A stretch of 63,188 nt of DNA, filler included, from Globobulimina sp. (Eukaryota): NCBI GenBank assembly GCA_003354225.1. It is 39 parts of 39 records of this genome, joined end to end, with 100 filler letters (N's around TTAATTAATTAA, not from the genome) between each part and the next. Parts side by side here need not be neighbours in the genome. Positions count along the whole stretch, not along the records: positions 61,667 to 63,188 come from PIVH01015364.1; 38 more parts are not named here. One strand, written 5' to 3'. The notes under the pieces were generated by a model. It was not told the DNA's origin, did not search any database, and worked only from the letters and a program-made list of their open reading frames with translations. This document shows, piece by piece, positions 61,668 through 63,188 of this stretch. Position 1 is the first letter of the stretch; each line of letters begins with the position of its first letter. The translations under genes and the position numbers were made by a program.

Positions 61668-63188
61668 ATTTTGAATGTTCTGGCCTCTTTTATCCAGACC
61701 AGATTCACAAAGGTTATTGCAAAAAAAGCAGAGTCAAATTGGGTAGCTCAACCAATTGGAGTACCACAAGGATCTGCGTTATCTCCCATCCTTTATATAC
61801 TGTTTACAAATGATTTTAAAATCCAATATCCAAATTTCGTTCATTTTGCTTGCTTTGCAGATGATACTGCATTTTGGACCAGTCCTGGTTCGAAAGATCC
61901 ATTACGATACAAATTCCTCCAAAAAGAACTCAATCACTTTGGAGATTGGTGTGAGAAATGGCAACTAATGATCAATCCATCCAAATGCCTATCCATGAGT
62001 TTCTCCCATAGCAATCCTATCAAATACTATCCTAAATGCACAGAAAAAATAGATCCAACCACAAATAAAAAAACAAAAATAAGCAAATATCTCATCAACT
62101 CCATACCAATAAAATATGAAAATACTGCCAGATACCTTGGACTTTGGTTCGATGACAGGCTGAATTTTAAAGCCCATTTCAATAAAATAAAAGCCAAATC
62201 CATGCGTAGTTATTGGAGACTTTATTTTACAATAAAAGCAGGCATAAAACTGTCTCCATTATCCATAGCGATCCTATATAAATCATTGGCAAGATCCAGA
62301 ATAGAATACGGCTTAACCCATTACTTTCCATATAACTCCAATAACTTACTACAAATTATCCAAAACAAATTCCTCCGACTTGCGATTCCATGCCGGTTAG
62401 ATTCACCAATGGATATCCTCCAATTCTGCCTAAACATTGAACCAATCCAAACAAGAGCCCACTACCTAACAATGAGGCAACTGGCCAGAGTCTATTTTAA
62501 TAATAACTACCATCCATTAAATAAAACATATAAAACCCTAATAAAATATAAACGAACCATAGAATCACATAAATATCGAAGATCAAATAAAAACAAACCA
62601 AACCAATTTACAAATCTGAATAAAAACCCCCTAATAATTGCGACAAAATATAGTCAAAATAATAATACTATCAAAGCATTGACCCAGGATCTCCAGAAAA
62701 TGAATAAACAACAAATAACCTCCTCCCCTGCCTATAATCTCAAAGTGCTGCCAACAAACTTTAATGTGAATTTATCCCCGGCCAATCCCTCAATGCCTAC
62801 AGATGCCAACATCACCATAGCATTTACCGATGGATCCTGTGATCCAAACCCAGGAAAAGGAGGAGCTGCAATCTATGTACCGCCCCAACCATCGCACCAA
62901 ATTCCATATAAACGAGTCTATTACTTCAAGATCCCAGTCACCATTACAACTGCTGAAATTGAAGCAGTTCATATGATAATAAACTATATAATGGACAAAC
63001 AAAATAATTCGCAAATTCACTATAAAATATACATCGATAACCTGCCACTCCTTCAATTTGTGAACAGGCAAAACTTCCCCAAATATAATGAAACAAAGAT
63101 ATTAATAGAAAATATATTTATAAAACTAATGCAAATTCAACAAAATAAACCTAATATTTACATTTCTTTCATCAAAATAAAATCCCAT
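61668..63188 (+). mobile_element. Non-LTR (LINE) retrotransposon ORF2 fragment: reverse transcriptase plus RNase H; 507 uninterrupted codons, absent from the ORF track
   Basis: GVPQGSALSPILY, FADD, INPSK, RYLGLWFD..LNF..H; RNase H motifs FTDGS...GGAA, AEIEAV, YIDN and IKSH. Confidence 0.95.

Overview
This window is not a continuous genomic locus. It is an artificial pseudo-scaffold of 39 unrelated short contigs sorted by length (1 x 1524 bp, 28 x 1523 bp, 10 x 1522 bp). They are joined by 38 identical 100-nt linkers (N44-TTAATTAATTAA-N44, stops in all six frames), so gene neighbourhood is meaningful only within a contig. The DNA comes from an AT-rich eukaryote with ~55-75 nt GT-AG introns and very short intergenic spacers. 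The expanded gene families (TRAF-type zinc finger, 'LLxSGFxR' leader proteins, XK-like membrane proteins, ART-like proteins) suggest a foraminiferan (Rhizaria), which is an inference. Recognisable genes: cytochrome P450, histidine phosphatase, RRM protein, TPR-MYND protein, TEY-type MAPK, VWA protein, GH31, GAF-PDE, 2H phosphoesterase, SBP2, dihydroxyacetone kinase, MALSU1/RsfS, bacterial-type PrpC, ubiquitin-like membrane protein, SDR, CDKAL1 and FSH1 hydrolase. Mobile DNA: a degenerate Merlin (IS1595-like) element on a self-overlapping contig, a tandemly repeated CACTA-ended element, a PIF/ISL2EU-type transposase with a SWIM finger, a Ty1/copia pol, an uninterrupted LINE RT-RNase H ORF missed by the ORF track, and MITEs. 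Two contigs are eukaryote/bacterium chimeras. The best leads are (1) a secreted protein ending in a phage tail-collar-like motif, (2) a palindromic insertion in a ubiquitin-like gene that looks like a TE becoming an intron, (3) an array of GCGAAGC-type hairpins with a compensatory change and (4) an ART-toxin-like domain. No complete multi-gene novel system can be shown from 1.5-kb fragments.
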